Origin: Thalia democratica
Taxonomy: Eukaryota
Length of the DNA: 64,000 bases
Reading direction: 5' to 3'
Assembly: GCA_965202585.1 (NCBI GenBank)
Contig: OZ241829.1
Span: 32,488,001-32,552,000 of the forward strand
Below, one piece after another: positions 62,728-64,000 of this stretch. Under the pieces are notes generated by a model that worked only from the letters and a program-made list of their open reading frames with translations, was not told the DNA's origin and did no database searches. The stretch's first letter is position 1. Each line of letters starts with the position of its first letter. The translations under genes were made by a program, and so were the position numbers.

Positions 62728-64000
62728 ATGCACCATGCGAAACCGACGATCAAGTACAAGCGAATTTCGGCGGACAAGCTCTGCGATGACGACCACGACG
62801 CTTTCGAACTGCACGACCACTTCCTCATCACGATGGAAAAGCTGAACAAAATGAAGCTGGCGTCGCAAACCAAAAACGACGAGGCGAACGAGATTGAACA
62901 GAAGGAAAAGGGCTTCAACGTGTACGTCAACGGCGCCAACGCGCTGCACTCTCAAAAGAAGAAGCCCAAAAACTTTTGTAAAACCCCCCGAACGGCCAGG
63001 TTTACCAGCAAGGAACAAGCTCCTTCTCTCGCCGAGCTGATGAACAGAGCTACGACTGCTCCCGGCCTTCGAAAGAGGAAGTTTTGGGGCCAAGGGTCCA
63101 TAGAGATCAAAGAGGATTCGGGCGCGTTGAGCAAGGTTTCAATGCGGGTGAACGACTTCAACTACTCTGAAGACTTCGATTCGGAGTGCGATGAGGATAG
63201 CATTGAGGAAGTCTTGCCCAACAAAAATCGCTCGTTGTCCATATCAAGCGCTTCAACTGTGCAGTCAGACCCCGGATTGCGCAGGAGCGGTTCTGTTTTA
63301 TCGTCTTACGATGCTCCAATTTTCGAAACCGCTGCTGATAAAACTAAACAAACTTCAAACAATGCAAGTATAGAAGTTTCTAAAAGTTCGAACTCACCCG
63401 CAAATAAAAATATTTTGTCTAGGTCCAGAAGCTTTTCTGTGAGCACAAATAAAAACAAGTCTAAATCTCCGTGCAAAAGTAAATTAAAGCTTCCCATTAA
63501 AACTCCTCATCAACCACGTATTAAAAAACCAACAAGCTCAAAACAGTCCTGCAAAATAACTCCTACTCGCTCTCAAGAAGTCTTTGATTCGATTCAGCAC
63601 TTCAACAGATCGCATCTTGGCAGGTTGTCTCATACAGTAGCGAGCAAGGAAAAAGATGAAGAGCGTTCCTATCCCCAGCGTTCCACAGCACTAGAGGAAG
63701 ACGACGAACCAGCAGAGTTCGTGATACCCATGCTCCCTCGTGGCAGCAATTTTGTTTTCAACATTCACTCGACTTGGGGCGACCCGCACTACGTCGGGTT
63801 GAACGGCATCGAGATTTTTGCTGAGAGCGGCGAGCCGGTGAGAATCAAGGAGATCAGCGCTGATCCGGCCGACATAAACGTGCTAGACGAGTACAAAAAC
63901 GACCCGAGAACCTTCACCAACCTCGTGAACAGGGTCAACAACACTTGCGACGACGTCAACATGTGGCTCGCCCCCTACACGCCTTCCAATCCACACTACA
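62728..64000 (+). CDS. KATNIP: Katanin-interacting protein (KIAA0556/DUF4457), 5' part; open to the window end (at least 424 codons)
   Basis: Single open frame from ATG 62728. EKGFNVYVNGAN, YSEDFD, FNRSHLGRL and IPMLPRG..FNIHSTWGDPHYVGLNGIEIF..ADPADINVL..DPR..NLVNRVNNT.DD..MWLAPY match KIAA0556; acceptor ttttcag at 62703-62704. Confidence 0.9.
   Translation, partial: MHHAKPTIKYKRISADKLCDDDHDAFELHDHFLITMEKLNKMKLASQTKNDEANEIEQKEKGFNVYVNGANALHSQKKKPKNFCKTPRTARFTSKEQAPSLAELMNRATTAPGLRKRKFWGQGSIEIKEDSGALSKVSMRVNDFNYSEDFDSECDEDSIEEVLPNKNRSLSISSASTVQSDPGLRRSGSVLSSYDAPIFETAADKTKQTSNNASIEVSKSSNSPANKNILSRSRSFSVSTNKNKSKSPCKSKLKLPIKTPHQPRIKKPTSSKQSCKITPTRSQEVFDSIQHFNRSHLGRLSHTVASKEKDEERSYPQRSTALEEDDEPAEFVIPMLPRGSNFVFNIHSTWGDPHYVGLNGIEIFAESGEPVRIKEISADPADINVLDEYKNDPRTFTNLVNRVNNTCDDVNMWLAPYTPSNPHY

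Noticed and set aside
62701-63497. Minus-strand ORFs of 63-130 aa
   Set aside because: Antisense shadows of KATNIP, whose ORF is absent from the track only because it has no stop inside the window.

Overview
Very AT-rich eukaryotic (animal) genomic DNA with short GC/CpG-rich exons and canonical GT-AG introns. The orphan 7TM family and the splice acceptors just upstream of start codons suggest a tunicate (inference). Manual splice reconstruction supports these genes in order: a last exon of an upstream gene, a small secreted-protein gene (-), a three-finger (Ly6/uPAR-type) protein with mucin stalk and TM (-), a GPI-type two-Ig-domain protein (+), a claudin/PMP22-family tetraspan (-), an intronless orphan 7TM receptor (+), an SSUH2 homolog (-), a minimal type II transmembrane trypsin-like protease (-), intronless GNPAT (+) and the 5' part of KATNIP/KIAA0556 (+, runs off the window). 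Between the genes lie a decayed CR1/L2-type LINE, an RTE LINE nested in a hAT element, Penelope-like fragments beside an RNF113A pseudogene fragment, and hAT, Tigger and foldback MITEs. Six copies of an unclassified ~120-bp repeat have a strand-specific RNA-like secondary structure. No CRISPR, rRNA or tRNA gene was seen. All gene models are by-eye predictions without transcript evidence.
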